NCBI GenBank assembly: GCA_046543285.1
Contig: JBKGZS010000001.1
Coordinates: forward strand, 1 to 59,238
Length of the DNA stretch: 59,238 bases
DNA from: Candidatus Acetothermia bacterium
GTDB taxonomy: Bacteria > Bipolaricaulota > Bipolaricaulia > M55B111
Reading direction: 5' to 3'
Shown here: positions 27,258-36,583 of the stretch, one piece after another
How the letters are laid out: every line of letters starts with the position of its first letter
How positions within the stretch are numbered: the stretch's first letter is position 1
Program-made: the position numbers and the translations under genes
The notes under the pieces: generated by a model
What the model was told of the DNA's origin: nothing
Database searches by the model: none
The model's input: the letters and a program-made list of their open reading frames with translations, nothing else

Positions 27258-28412
27258 TTAAAAACTGTACCTCATCTCGGATCTCAATTCTTTAACTCCC
27301 CGGTTGGCTTCACTTTCCACTGCAAACCTGAGCTTGAACCTATCTTCCAACCGCCAGATCAGCTCTCCGGTAAATTTAGTGAAGTTGAAGAAATGACCTC
27401 TTTGATCAAAATCGAAGTAGGAATCCAGGAACAACTCAACTCCAGCTTCGGCAAGGCGGGGATGGGTGACTTCGAAGGTCACGATTTCCTCATACTCTGT
27501 TCGCTCGTAGAGATAATCTCGAGCAATTTCTCCCACAGGTTCCGAGATAATGTAGTCCTCCGCATGATCCTCCAGATCCTCGCTTCCCCTCTCCTTCCAT
27601 ATGTGGCCTCCCAGAGCGGTCAGACTATTAAATCTCAGGCCCCCGTCCCCGCTACCCTCTATTCTAAAACCATTGAAACGCAGGGGCCTGGGCCCAGCAC
27701 CGGTTTCGGACTCGAGGACTCCACCCAGGTCCACGGAAAAACTCCAGCGCCCTGATTCGAGGGAAATCTGAGGGACGATGCTCAAAAAAGCCGACTGTTC
27801 CGAAAAATAAAGATAAGAGTTGAGCGTCAGGGGAAAAGATTCGGCCTGAAGTTTACAGTTAAAACCGGAATACAGCAAACCTTCGTTCCGGGTAAATCTG
27901 GTTCGATTTGAGAAATCACAGCAATCGAATCCAGCACCCTCGACCACCAACAAGGTCGACGAATAGGGAAACGAAGAAGGGTCGATATTTTCATGGTCCC
28001 CTCCGGTAACGATGTAATAGCCACTTCCTTCCTCGGAAGGATGTCTTGACTCCCTCAAGTATTCGTCCATTCCAAAACGGGAGGTCAAATAGGCGCCGAT
28101 ACCGCCGGAGGTCGAACCGCGAAGGGTCAATTCCCATCCTGCCCCGTACTCGTTCATCTCTTCCACGTACTCCATCAGAAATGCGGCGTCCACAGTCAGG
28201 GCACCCGAGCTTCCTTCCAACCCCACTAAGGTGTAGTCCAACCTGGAGGAGCGAGGAAAGAAGACGGTCTCCGAATCCAGAATCCAGCCCTGGATTTCAG
28301 TGTCACTGAAAAAGCTCTGCCGATAAAAGCCGCCGTCAAACTCTGTATCCCCCGCGGGCCAGTGGTCTCTAAATTCGGAGAGGGAACTTAACTCGGTACT
28401 GCCTAGTTGCAC
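27258..28412 (-). CDS. Beta-rich envelope-protein paralog lacking a signal peptide (possibly 5'-disrupted)
   Basis: Shares several motifs with 1..1564 and ends EMRYSF. It has only a GTG start with no leader peptide. The frame stays open upstream to the TGA at 28581..28583 without any ATG/GTG/TTG. Confidence 0.5.
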   Translation of the reverse strand: MQLGSTELSSLSEFRDHWPAGDTEFDGGFYRQSFFSDTEIQGWILDSETVFFPRSSRLDYTLVGLEGSSGALTVDAAFLMEYVEEMNEYGAGWELTLRGSTSGGIGAYLTSRFGMDEYLRESRHPSEEGSGYYIVTGGDHENIDPSSFPYSSTLLVVEGAGFDCCDFSNRTRFTRNEGLLYSGFNCKLQAESFPLTLNSYLYFSEQSAFLSIVPQISLESGRWSFSVDLGGVLESETGAGPRPLRFNGFRIEGSGDGGLRFNSLTALGGHIWKERGSEDLEDHAEDYIISEPVGEIARDYLYERTEYEEIVTFEVTHPRLAEAGVELFLDSYFDFDQRGHFFNFTKFTGELIWRLEDRFKLRFAVESEANRGVKELRSEMRYSF

Positions 28413-28652
28413 TCCCAGGTCCAGCTCCGTCTTTCCCCCTTTACCACTAGAAAAAGATTCGTTCCTGCTGGAGTATAGGTGCCTGAAAAGAATGTAGTAA
28501 CTTCCTCCAGCAACCTGGGGAAAACAAAAATAGCTCGGGCGGGGAACGACCTCGATACCGAAAAACCTCCGGCTTTGACCTCACCATTTGCACCTCTGAC
28601 GGGAATGAAGTACGGTTTCTTATCTTGTGCACATAATCCCTGGAGGGAAAAT

Positions 28653-29057
28653 ATGCAATCAACTGCGAAATGGATTGACAATTACACATCTGTCCTGGAT
28701 AACGGCCGCAAACACGCCTGCGTGGTCGACCTGCCCCCGGCGGAAGAAGGAGATGACTTTGGGCCCAGCGCGCTGGAACTGACCAACATGTCTCTAGCGG
28801 GCTGTCTATCGACCATCTATATGGTAATCGCCAATAAAATGCGGCTGGAGATCTCGGATCTCGAAGTCAAAGTCGAAGCAACGAAGGGAGAAGATGCCCC
28901 CACTATAACCAGCGCTCACGTGACGATCAACGTACATTCGGAGGAAAGGCGGAGCAAGCTGGAAAAATGCCTGGACCAGACCTTAAAAACCTGCCCTGTG
29001 GGACAGCTGTTTGAACAAGCGGGCGTCGAAATGGAACATGAATTGAACGTGGAATAG
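28653..29057 (+). CDS. OsmC/Ohr-family peroxiredoxin-like protein
   Basis: About 134 aa, PSALELTNMSLAGCLSTIYMVIA...LKTCPVGQLF (two conserved Cys). I place the start at ATG 28653, after GGAGGG. Confidence 0.8.
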   Translation: MQSTAKWIDNYTSVLDNGRKHACVVDLPPAEEGDDFGPSALELTNMSLAGCLSTIYMVIANKMRLEISDLEVKVEATKGEDAPTITSAHVTINVHSEERRSKLEKCLDQTLKTCPVGQLFEQAGVEMEHELNVE

Positions 29058-29180
29058 CCTGGTTCTCAAAACAATTCTCGGCTTAATCTGGTCTCTGTTC
29101 AGTTATTTTGATAACTAGTTAAGGGAGGGGACAGTTCAAAGTTCAAAACCTATTAACCAGACCACCTCGGACTTATAATC

Positions 29181-29210
29181 AGCAGCTCGAATCACTGGGC
29201 TCGAGCTGCT
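29181..29210 (+). repeat. Conserved-loop GC hairpin (family member)
   Basis: AGCAGCTCGA-ATCACTGGG-CTCGAGCTGCT. The stem sequence is shared with 21343..21386. Confidence 0.65.
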
Positions 29211-29836
29211 TTACAGAGCAAAAAATAATCCTGCCTGCTTAGAACCCGGGCTTCTAGGTTGTTTGACCTTGGAGGTGGAAGGTTGACCTTTGGACAGTCA
29301 TCAACACCTTCAACAAAACATTCCTGGAAGGATAGCTTTTCCACCCGTTAGTGGTCTGCTTGAAAAACAAGTTTTGCATGTCCTAAGATAGATCGTCACA
29401 GAATTGTATCAAAAGGTTCAGGAGCGCTTTAGTCATTTCTACTTATTAATATAGACAGCAGATTGACTCAATCTCGCTCGTCATGGTCACGGTACAGGTA
29501 GTGGAGAATTTCCGCCCGTCGGTCGAGAATGATTCGGCGGTTGTCACAAATGGTAGCGGGAGGCCAGGCAGTGAAGCGCCTGTGATTTAGTCAATTTAAG
29601 AGTCGAGCTCCTTCGGAGATTTAGTTTCGGTCCAGTTCTGGTTTAAATAGTGACAGCTTGATTTCCTGCTGATCCAGATGACTTTCGTACCCAGAACACT
29701 GGGTTTATTTTTAGGTTCAATTCTTTCACCATGGTTAATCTAGACTTAGACTGCGACCAGGTTGGTCAGTAATCAGATTATGTTGGTAGTGGTGAAAGAT
29801 CTGAGTTAGGAAAAAATAATTTAAAGGAAGGGAAAT

Positions 29837-31975
29837 ATGTCCAAAGATCAACAATCCTTGAAACAGATCAGGAAAAGAGATGGCAGCGTAGTTTCTTACG
29901 ACCGATCCAAAATAGAATCGGCTATAGAAAAAGCCCTGCGGGCAACTGAGATAGAAGATCCGGACCTGCCGGAAACTCTTACGCAAGAGGTCCAGAAATA
30001 CCTGTCCAATAAAGCAGAAGAAGAGGACTCCTGGATCCCGTCCGTCGAGGAAGTCCAGGATCTGGTGGAGAGGGTCTTGATCGAAAACGACCTGACTGAA
30101 ACGGCAAAAGCCTATATCCTCTATCGCCGGCAGCATCAGGAAATACGCCAGGTTCGGGACTTAATGAGCGATCTTTCGATGGTCGAGGGGTACCTGGACG
30201 AAGAGAGCTGGCGTGTCAAAGAAAACAGCAACATGTCCTACTCCCTTCAGGGACTAAACATCCACATCACAGAACGCGTAGTCAGCAGTTACTGGCTGGA
30301 AAAAATCTATCCCCCTTCAATCAGGGACGCCCACAAGGAAGGGGATTTCCATATTCACGATTTGGGCACCCTGGGGCCTTACTGCGTGGGTTGGGACCTC
30401 CAGGACCTGCTGATGAACGGCTTCAAAGGGGTGAGGGGCAAGATCGAATCCGCCCCGGCCCGCCACTTCCGAGTGGCTTTAATGCACGTGGTTAATTTCA
30501 TGTATACCCTCCAGGGCGAAGCAGCAGGGGCCCAGGCCTTTTCTCACCTGGATACTTACCTGGCACCTTTCATCCGCCACGATGGGCTAAATTACGATCA
30601 AGTGAAACAGGCTATGCAGGAATTCATCTTCAACATGAACGTTCCCACCCGCACCGGATTTCAGACTCCCTTCACCAATATTACCCTGGACTTGACGATT
30701 CCCAATCACCTTGAAGATCAAAACGTTATCATGGGCGGCGAGATTCGCGACGGCAAATACGGGGATTACCAAGAAGAAATGGAGACCTTCAATCGCGCCT
30801 TTGCCGAGGTGATGCTGGAAGGGGACAGCCAGGATAGGCCATTTACCTTTCCTATTCCAACGTACAACATAACTAAGGATTTCGAATGGGGCAGAGAAGT
30901 GCTGGACCCGATCTGGAAAATGACTGCCAAATACGGAATCCCTTATTTTTCCAACTTCGTCACCTCTGATATGAACCCCGAAGATTCGCGGAGCATGTGT
31001 TGCAGGTTGAGGCTGGATAACCGGGAGCTCCGCAAACGAGGAGGAGGACTGTTCGGCTCCAACCCTCTGACAGGTTCCATCGGCGTGGTGACCCTTAATT
31101 TGCCCCGGATCGGCTTGAAATCATCCACCGAAGAGACTTTTCTGGAGAAAGTAGGGGAATTGATGGATCTGGCCAAGGAAAGCCTGGTCATCAAAAGAAA
31201 GGCCCTGGAACGATTTACAGAGAACGGCCTGTACCCTTACTCGAGATTCTATCTTCGGACCATCAAGGAAAGTGCCGACGGGTTCTGGAAAAACCACTTC
31301 TCGACCATCGGATTAGTGGGGATGAACGATGCCCTTCTCAATTTCATGGACACGGACATCGGAACCCGCAGAGGCCGTCAGTTTGCTGAAAAAGTGCTCC
31401 AGTTTATGCGAGAGAAGCTACGGAGCTACCAGGAAGACACAGGAGACATGTTCAATCTGGAAGCCACTCCGGCGGAGGGAACCAGCTATCGGCTGGCAAA
31501 AATTGACAAGGAGAGACATCCCCATATCCAAGTTTACAACGAAGACACTTACGGCGGAGATGCTCCCTATTACACTAACTCCACTCAGCTGCCAGTGGGT
31601 TACACGGACGATATCTTCGAAGCTCTGGAGCTGCAGGATCAGCTCCAATCGCAGTATACCGGTGGAACGGTATTCCACGGTTTCTTGGGAGAGGCGATGC
31701 CCAATCCCGATGCCACGAGACGTCTGGTCAAGAAAGTGGCCGAAAACTATTCTCTACCTTACTACACCCTGACGCCTACCTTCAGCGTCTGCCCCGATCA
31801 CGGGTACTTAAACGGAGAGCAGCCTCAATGCCCCAGATGCGGCAAAGGGACGGAGGTATACTCCCGAATCGTGGGATATATACGTCCTGTAAAGCACTGG
31901 AACAAGGGAAAACGGCAGGAATTTGAGGACCGTCGGGAATTTGAGAAACCTCGCCGAAAAGCAGCGCAGACTTGA
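29837..31975 (+). CDS. nrdD: Anaerobic ribonucleoside-triphosphate reductase (class III)
   Basis: N-terminal ATP-cone (IRKRDGSVVSYDRSKIESAIEKAL). C-terminal Zn ribbon (CPDHG...CPRCG). Glycyl-radical box SRIVGYIRPV. Confidence 0.95.
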   Translation: MSKDQQSLKQIRKRDGSVVSYDRSKIESAIEKALRATEIEDPDLPETLTQEVQKYLSNKAEEEDSWIPSVEEVQDLVERVLIENDLTETAKAYILYRRQHQEIRQVRDLMSDLSMVEGYLDEESWRVKENSNMSYSLQGLNIHITERVVSSYWLEKIYPPSIRDAHKEGDFHIHDLGTLGPYCVGWDLQDLLMNGFKGVRGKIESAPARHFRVALMHVVNFMYTLQGEAAGAQAFSHLDTYLAPFIRHDGLNYDQVKQAMQEFIFNMNVPTRTGFQTPFTNITLDLTIPNHLEDQNVIMGGEIRDGKYGDYQEEMETFNRAFAEVMLEGDSQDRPFTFPIPTYNITKDFEWGREVLDPIWKMTAKYGIPYFSNFVTSDMNPEDSRSMCCRLRLDNRELRKRGGGLFGSNPLTGSIGVVTLNLPRIGLKSSTEETFLEKVGELMDLAKESLVIKRKALERFTENGLYPYSRFYLRTIKESADGFWKNHFSTIGLVGMNDALLNFMDTDIGTRRGRQFAEKVLQFMREKLRSYQEDTGDMFNLEATPAEGTSYRLAKIDKERHPHIQVYNEDTYGGDAPYYTNSTQLPVGYTDDIFEALELQDQLQSQYTGGTVFHGFLGEAMPNPDATRRLVKKVAENYSLPYYTLTPTFSVCPDHGYLNGEQPQCPRCGKGTEVYSRIVGYIRPVKHWNKGKRQEFEDRREFEKPRRKAAQT

Positions 31976-31989
31976 AAGATCTTTAACCC

Positions 31990-32574
31990 TCATCGAGATA
32001 AATAGGGGTTGCCCGCCAGGTAGAAGCGGTATTCTAACTCTTGGCCCAAACTTACGCCAATTCTAGGGGAAGCGCGAATAGAAGCGGTTGGTGATTCCGG
32101 AGGTTTTTGAACCCAGACGGTGTCAGAATTAACCAGATCCAGGCCGTTCTGTTGCTTAGTAATACCAAGCGCCTCACACAGCTTACCTGGACCGTCAGTC
32201 AGAGACTGAAGGTTTCTAAAACCTCTCAATTGGCGCATTTCCTCCACTCCTTCCACGGGCTCCAGAGCGCGGAGGAGAACCGCCCCGGCCTCACCTCGCT
32301 CTTCGGTCACCACGTTGAACAAAAAATGATTCCCGTAAACGAAGTAAACGTAGGCAATACCCGGCTGCCCCCACATTATCGCAGAACGGGAAGTTTTACC
32401 CGAAGAGGCATGAGAGGCCGGATCCCCGGGACCGTAATAGGCCTCGGTTTCCACTATTTTTCCTTTTGAGGTAGTTTCTCCTCTGCTGCGACAAAGAACT
32501 TTGCCCAGTAGATCCCTGGCCACCAGACAACTGTCTCTGCGGAAGAATTCCCGCCGAATTCTGGACTCCTCCAC
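31990..32574 (-). CDS. mpg: DNA-3-methyladenine glycosylase (Mpg/AAG family)
   Basis: FFRRDSCLVARDLLGKVL, IVETEAYYGPGDPASHA, PGIAYVYFVYGNHF boxes. Confidence 0.85.
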   Translation of the reverse strand: MEESRIRREFFRRDSCLVARDLLGKVLCRSRGETTSKGKIVETEAYYGPGDPASHASSGKTSRSAIMWGQPGIAYVYFVYGNHFLFNVVTEERGEAGAVLLRALEPVEGVEEMRQLRGFRNLQSLTDGPGKLCEALGITKQQNGLDLVNSDTVWVQKPPESPTASIRASPRIGVSLGQELEYRFYLAGNPYLSR

Positions 32575-32603
32575 AAACTCACTTCCCTTTTTCCGAACTC
32601 AAG

Positions 32604-33797
32604 CTACCTGATCCAAAATATGGCAGCTAAAACGGCAACGATCAAACAAAGGATGGTAGGTAAGGCCAACTTTCGAACGTATTGTCTTAAAGAAGTATCG
32701 AAATACTCCATTGACACCGAAACGCAGGGATGAATAGGAGAAATGACGTACCCCAAAAATATGCTGAAATATGCGACGGCAAAGCTGGCAGCCGGCATCA
32801 CGGAGTAGCTGGTTCGGGCCAAAAAAATGGGAATAACGATGGAAGCCGGAGCCTGAATACGCCCGGTGATTAATCCCAGGACAAATCCTATTCCCACCAA
32901 CAAACCCCAGAGAGGCATGTTGATTTTCGCCAACAGTTCGGGTGCTCCGGACGCGATAAATACGTTCAAAAACGTGAACATCCCAAAGATGATCAGGGCA
33001 AAATTCCAGGGCTCCATCTTTCTGGCGACCATTTTAAAATCATCAAGAGTGTACTTGCTTACAGCCCAGGCCGCAGCAAAACTGGTGGCCACTCCCACCA
33101 GGGTTGCGTACTCACTAACTTCAGGATTGATGAAGGTTTTGATCAAAAAATCGAGGGCTGGGGCCACCAATATCACGGCCAAAGGAACCAGTAACCCCCG
33201 CAACGAAAACTCGCGCTCGTATGTCAGTTTCTCGCTGGTACTGCGGAGAAAAAAGTAATAACCAACCACAAAACTGAGCACGAAAAAGGGAAATAAATAA
33301 GGCACCACGTCATATACCTCCAACCCGGCAATCTTCGCAGAAGCAATCAGAGAAGTGGCTAGAGGATAGATGAAGAATAGAATATGACGAAACCAAACAT
33401 TCAACACGGCCTTTGTGCTACTTTCCAGTTCCGATCCGCCTTGTTCAACCATGGGCGCCGAGAGCAACGCTCCTCCCGGCATAGGCAACATTCCCAACAG
33501 GGCTGGGGAAAAAGCCAGAAAGGGTCGTTTTCCAATCCGGAGGTTTTCCACCAATCTCTTCATACCCCCGCTTTCCTCCAAAGTTCCTCCAATCATGGCA
33601 ATGGTGGCCACTACCAATCCCAGGGAAAGAATTGAAGGATCGGTAAAGGTGAGGTAGACCTGGTGCAAAAATTCTCCGGGCGACAAAGTAATTAACCCCA
33701 GCGAAATCGCCGCTGCGAACATGGCGACATAAAGGCTTCTCTGGGCGACAACAAGAAGCATTGCAACAGAAACTGCAAGACCAATCCACAGTGTCAT
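32604..33797 (-). CDS. Polytopic membrane protein (DUF401-like)
   Basis: 397 aa with about 10 or more hydrophobic helices. The family assignment is from memory of the N-terminal pattern and is tentative. Confidence 0.5.
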   Translation of the reverse strand: MTLWIGLAVSVAMLLVVAQRSLYVAMFAAAISLGLITLSPGEFLHQVYLTFTDPSILSLGLVVATIAMIGGTLEESGGMKRLVENLRIGKRPFLAFSPALLGMLPMPGGALLSAPMVEQGGSELESSTKAVLNVWFRHILFFIYPLATSLIASAKIAGLEVYDVVPYLFPFFVLSFVVGYYFFLRSTSEKLTYEREFSLRGLLVPLAVILVAPALDFLIKTFINPEVSEYATLVGVATSFAAAWAVSKYTLDDFKMVARKMEPWNFALIIFGMFTFLNVFIASGAPELLAKINMPLWGLLVGIGFVLGLITGRIQAPASIVIPIFLARTSYSVMPAASFAVAYFSIFLGYVISPIHPCVSVSMEYFDTSLRQYVRKLALPTILCLIVAVLAAIFWIR

Positions 33798-34253
33798 ACG
33801 TAGGTCCCTCCTTCACAGGGGGTGATGGACTACATGTTAATTAGCCGCTGTTTGCGGTAACAAAACTCGATAGAAGATAAGACATCTCTCTTCTTGCTAC
33901 AACAGGGAGAGGGACAAGTCGACAAAAGAATTACTCGGTCGTTTATACAAATCAGAGGCAGGGCAGAAGCGAATTTAGCAGGGAGGGTCGCCGCGCTAAA
34001 CTGACATCTGTTCTTAGTTTGGTGGTAGAATTACCCCCCTCAACCGAGGGACTGGGCTGTACATGCAGTAGGTTGGATTGCCGTTCAAATTAGCAGAGGG
34101 TACCTTCCACCCAATAAAGCTTCTACCTCTTGGGGTTTCATCACCGGCTTCAGAGTGTTAGACTTCCCTCGTAGGTTTGAAAATTTGCCCATTTTCCTCT
34201 CTTCGCATAGGAATCTCAGTTTTTGAGACAAAATTAAAGAAAGCAGGTGAACG

Positions 34254-35687
34254 ATGGCATCAGGTAACGGCAGAGTAGAGCAACTCAAGCAGGATATTTT
34301 GGACGGCCCCATAATTAAGACCCTGTTTATACTCGGCTGGCCAGTGATGTTGTCCAACGCCTTCCAGATTTTCTACAACCTGGTCGACACCTACTGGCTC
34401 GGGAAAATCGGGAAAGAGGCGGTCGCCGCACCCACAATGGGGTTTCCGATCGTGTTCCTGTTGATTTCCGTGGGTTTCGGCTTCTCCATAGCCGGGGTTT
34501 CGCTGGTTTCTCAACACACCGGGGCCGGACATTCTAAAGATGCCGATAAAGCGGCAGGACAGGTCATTTCTTTCATGTTCACGGTCTCTATATTCATAGC
34601 GGCAATAGGTTACCTGACCAGCAAACCGCTTCTAGGACAGGTGATGCAGGCGCCACCTTCCGTATTGCCGCTGGCAACAACATACATCAAGATTATATTC
34701 GCAGGTCTTCCGTTCATGTTCGTCTTCTTCGCATTTCGAGCTTTGACCAGAGGCATCGGGGACATGGTAACCCCTATGATAGTCACCGGCGCTTCGGTGT
34801 TGCTCAACGTCGTCCTCGACCCCATTCTGATATTTGGCTGGGGAGGCCTACCTGAACTGGGGGTAGCAGGAGCCGCGATCGCCACCGTGGTCAGCCGCGG
34901 ACTCGCCTCGGTGATCGCCCTCTATCTCTTGTTTTCCCGGGCGCTGGGCATCGAGCTGGAATGGGGGTACCTAAAACTTAAGCTGCGGTGGATGAAGCAG
35001 ATAGTAACTATCGGCGGCCCTTCCTCTGTTGGACAGGCCGGGACGGCCGTGGGGGCCATCGTCCTGATGAGCCTCATTTCTCAGCTTGGGGTGGTGGCAG
35101 TATCGGCTTACGGAATTGGTCAGAGAATCATCATGCTGATGAACGTCCTCATCTGGGGGCTAGCTTCTCCGCTCACCACCATGATCGGGCAGAACATCGG
35201 AGCGGAGCAGGTGAAAAGGGCAACCTCGATTGCTAAAAGGGCCTTCGTCGCCCTGTTCGGGATGCTACTGATGACCGGAACGGGGCTGTTTTTCCTGCGA
35301 GAGCCCGTTTTTAGACTGTTCATCGACGAACCTGAGGTGGTTAAAGAAGGAACTCGGTTTTTGAAATTGTTCGTCTGGTCCGTACCCTTCTTCGGGATCT
35401 TTGCTCTGGTGAGCTCCGTGTTCCGTGGCTCTGGCCATACGCGTCCCCCGATGATGCTGGCCCTGATCCGGTTGCTGGGATTTCGGGTTGGAATTTCTTA
35501 TCTTCTGGCTTTCGGAATCGTAGGGATCGGGCTGGGCACCGACGGTATCTGGTACGGGCTTTCGTTGAGCAATCTACTCGGGGGGTTGCTGGCCCTCCTG
35601 TGGTTAAGCACTGGCTCATGGAAGGAGAAGACCATCACCAAAATTGGAAAGAGGGCCAAGAAGGTAAAGGAAACCGTACCTCTCTGA
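34254..35687 (+). CDS. MATE-family efflux transporter
   Basis: 12-TM, 477 aa. Typical start ILDGPIIKTLFILGWPVMLSNAFQIFYNLVDTYWLGKIG. Confidence 0.9.
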   Translation: MASGNGRVEQLKQDILDGPIIKTLFILGWPVMLSNAFQIFYNLVDTYWLGKIGKEAVAAPTMGFPIVFLLISVGFGFSIAGVSLVSQHTGAGHSKDADKAAGQVISFMFTVSIFIAAIGYLTSKPLLGQVMQAPPSVLPLATTYIKIIFAGLPFMFVFFAFRALTRGIGDMVTPMIVTGASVLLNVVLDPILIFGWGGLPELGVAGAAIATVVSRGLASVIALYLLFSRALGIELEWGYLKLKLRWMKQIVTIGGPSSVGQAGTAVGAIVLMSLISQLGVVAVSAYGIGQRIIMLMNVLIWGLASPLTTMIGQNIGAEQVKRATSIAKRAFVALFGMLLMTGTGLFFLREPVFRLFIDEPEVVKEGTRFLKLFVWSVPFFGIFALVSSVFRGSGHTRPPMMLALIRLLGFRVGISYLLAFGIVGIGLGTDGIWYGLSLSNLLGGLLALLWLSTGSWKEKTITKIGKRAKKVKETVPL

Positions 35688-35711
35688 CGACAAAATAAAT
35701 AAGGAGGTTCT

Positions 35712-36518
35712 ATGAAAGTCGGCTCAATTCAAATGAAAGTTAGTTCCAGCAAGGAAGAAAACCTGAGGAAAGCGGAAAAACTCTGTCGTGACTTCCAAGG
35801 GCGGGGTACGGATCTGCTGATTCTCCCCGAGATGTTCAATTGTCCTTACGAAGTCGATCATTTTTCGGAATTTGCCGAACCAATTCCCGGACCCAGCACA
35901 GAACGACTGGCGCTGGTCGCCCGTGATATGGGGATATATCTGATCGGAGGCTCGATCCCCGAACGGTCGGATGATCAGATTTTCAATACTTCTCCGGTTT
36001 TCGATCCAGAGGGGAACCTCATCGGAAAACACCGCAAGATTCACTTGTTCGACGTAAACATCCCCGACGGAATCACCTTTCGCGAGTCCGACTCCCTGGC
36101 TGCCGGGGATTGCCCCACGGTAATCGACACCGAGCTGGGAACCCTGGGGCTGGCCATATGTTACGACCTCCGGTTTCCCGAACTCATCCGGACCATGACC
36201 CTGGCCAATGCTAAAATAATCGTCTTCCCAGCGGCTTTTAATACCACGACCGGCCCGGCACACTGGAAGACCCTGCTGCGGGCCCGGGCTATAGACAACC
36301 AGGTGTTTGTTTTCGCCGTCTCCCCGGCCCGGAACCCGGAAAGCTCTTACCGAGCCTACGGCCATTCCATGTCCATCAATCCCTGGGGGAAGATATTGAA
36401 AGAAGGAGGGCATTCGGAAACTACGTTCTCCGTGGAAATTGACCTACAGCAGGTAAGGGAAATCCGTCGCGAACTGCCGGTCTTATCCCATCGCCGCCCG
36501 GAACTGTACGAGGAATAA
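35712..36518 (+). CDS. Carbon-nitrogen hydrolase (nitrilase superfamily, omega-amidase-like)
   Basis: E-K-C triad context: LLILPEMFNCPY, HRKIHLFD, LGLAICYDLRFPEL. AAGGAGG RBS. Confidence 0.85.
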   Translation: MKVGSIQMKVSSSKEENLRKAEKLCRDFQGRGTDLLILPEMFNCPYEVDHFSEFAEPIPGPSTERLALVARDMGIYLIGGSIPERSDDQIFNTSPVFDPEGNLIGKHRKIHLFDVNIPDGITFRESDSLAAGDCPTVIDTELGTLGLAICYDLRFPELIRTMTLANAKIIVFPAAFNTTTGPAHWKTLLRARAIDNQVFVFAVSPARNPESSYRAYGHSMSINPWGKILKEGGHSETTFSVEIDLQQVREIRRELPVLSHRRPELYEE

Positions 36519-36583
36519 AAACCGTTGATGGAGGGTGGGGAAGTTGATATTATAACCTGCAGCAAGGAAGGTGAGACAATTTC

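Noticed and set aside
29440-29590. Cobalamin riboswitch or NrdR boxes in the nrdD leader
   Set aside because: There is no GCCACUG B12 box and no GGGAA...GGUG.AA.CC arrangement. The only NrdR-like string (CACAGAATTGTA at about 29398) is not a proper 16-bp palindrome and has no tandem partner.
35724-36413. 229-aa minus-strand ORF
   Set aside because: It is fully antisense to the carbon-nitrogen hydrolase gene, which has the complete E-K-C motif set. Shadow ORF.
36519-36583. Possible T-box leader upstream of valS
   Set aside because: Only 65 nt of intergenic sequence is available, and I see no T-box consensus (AAUUAGGGUGGNACCGCG-like).
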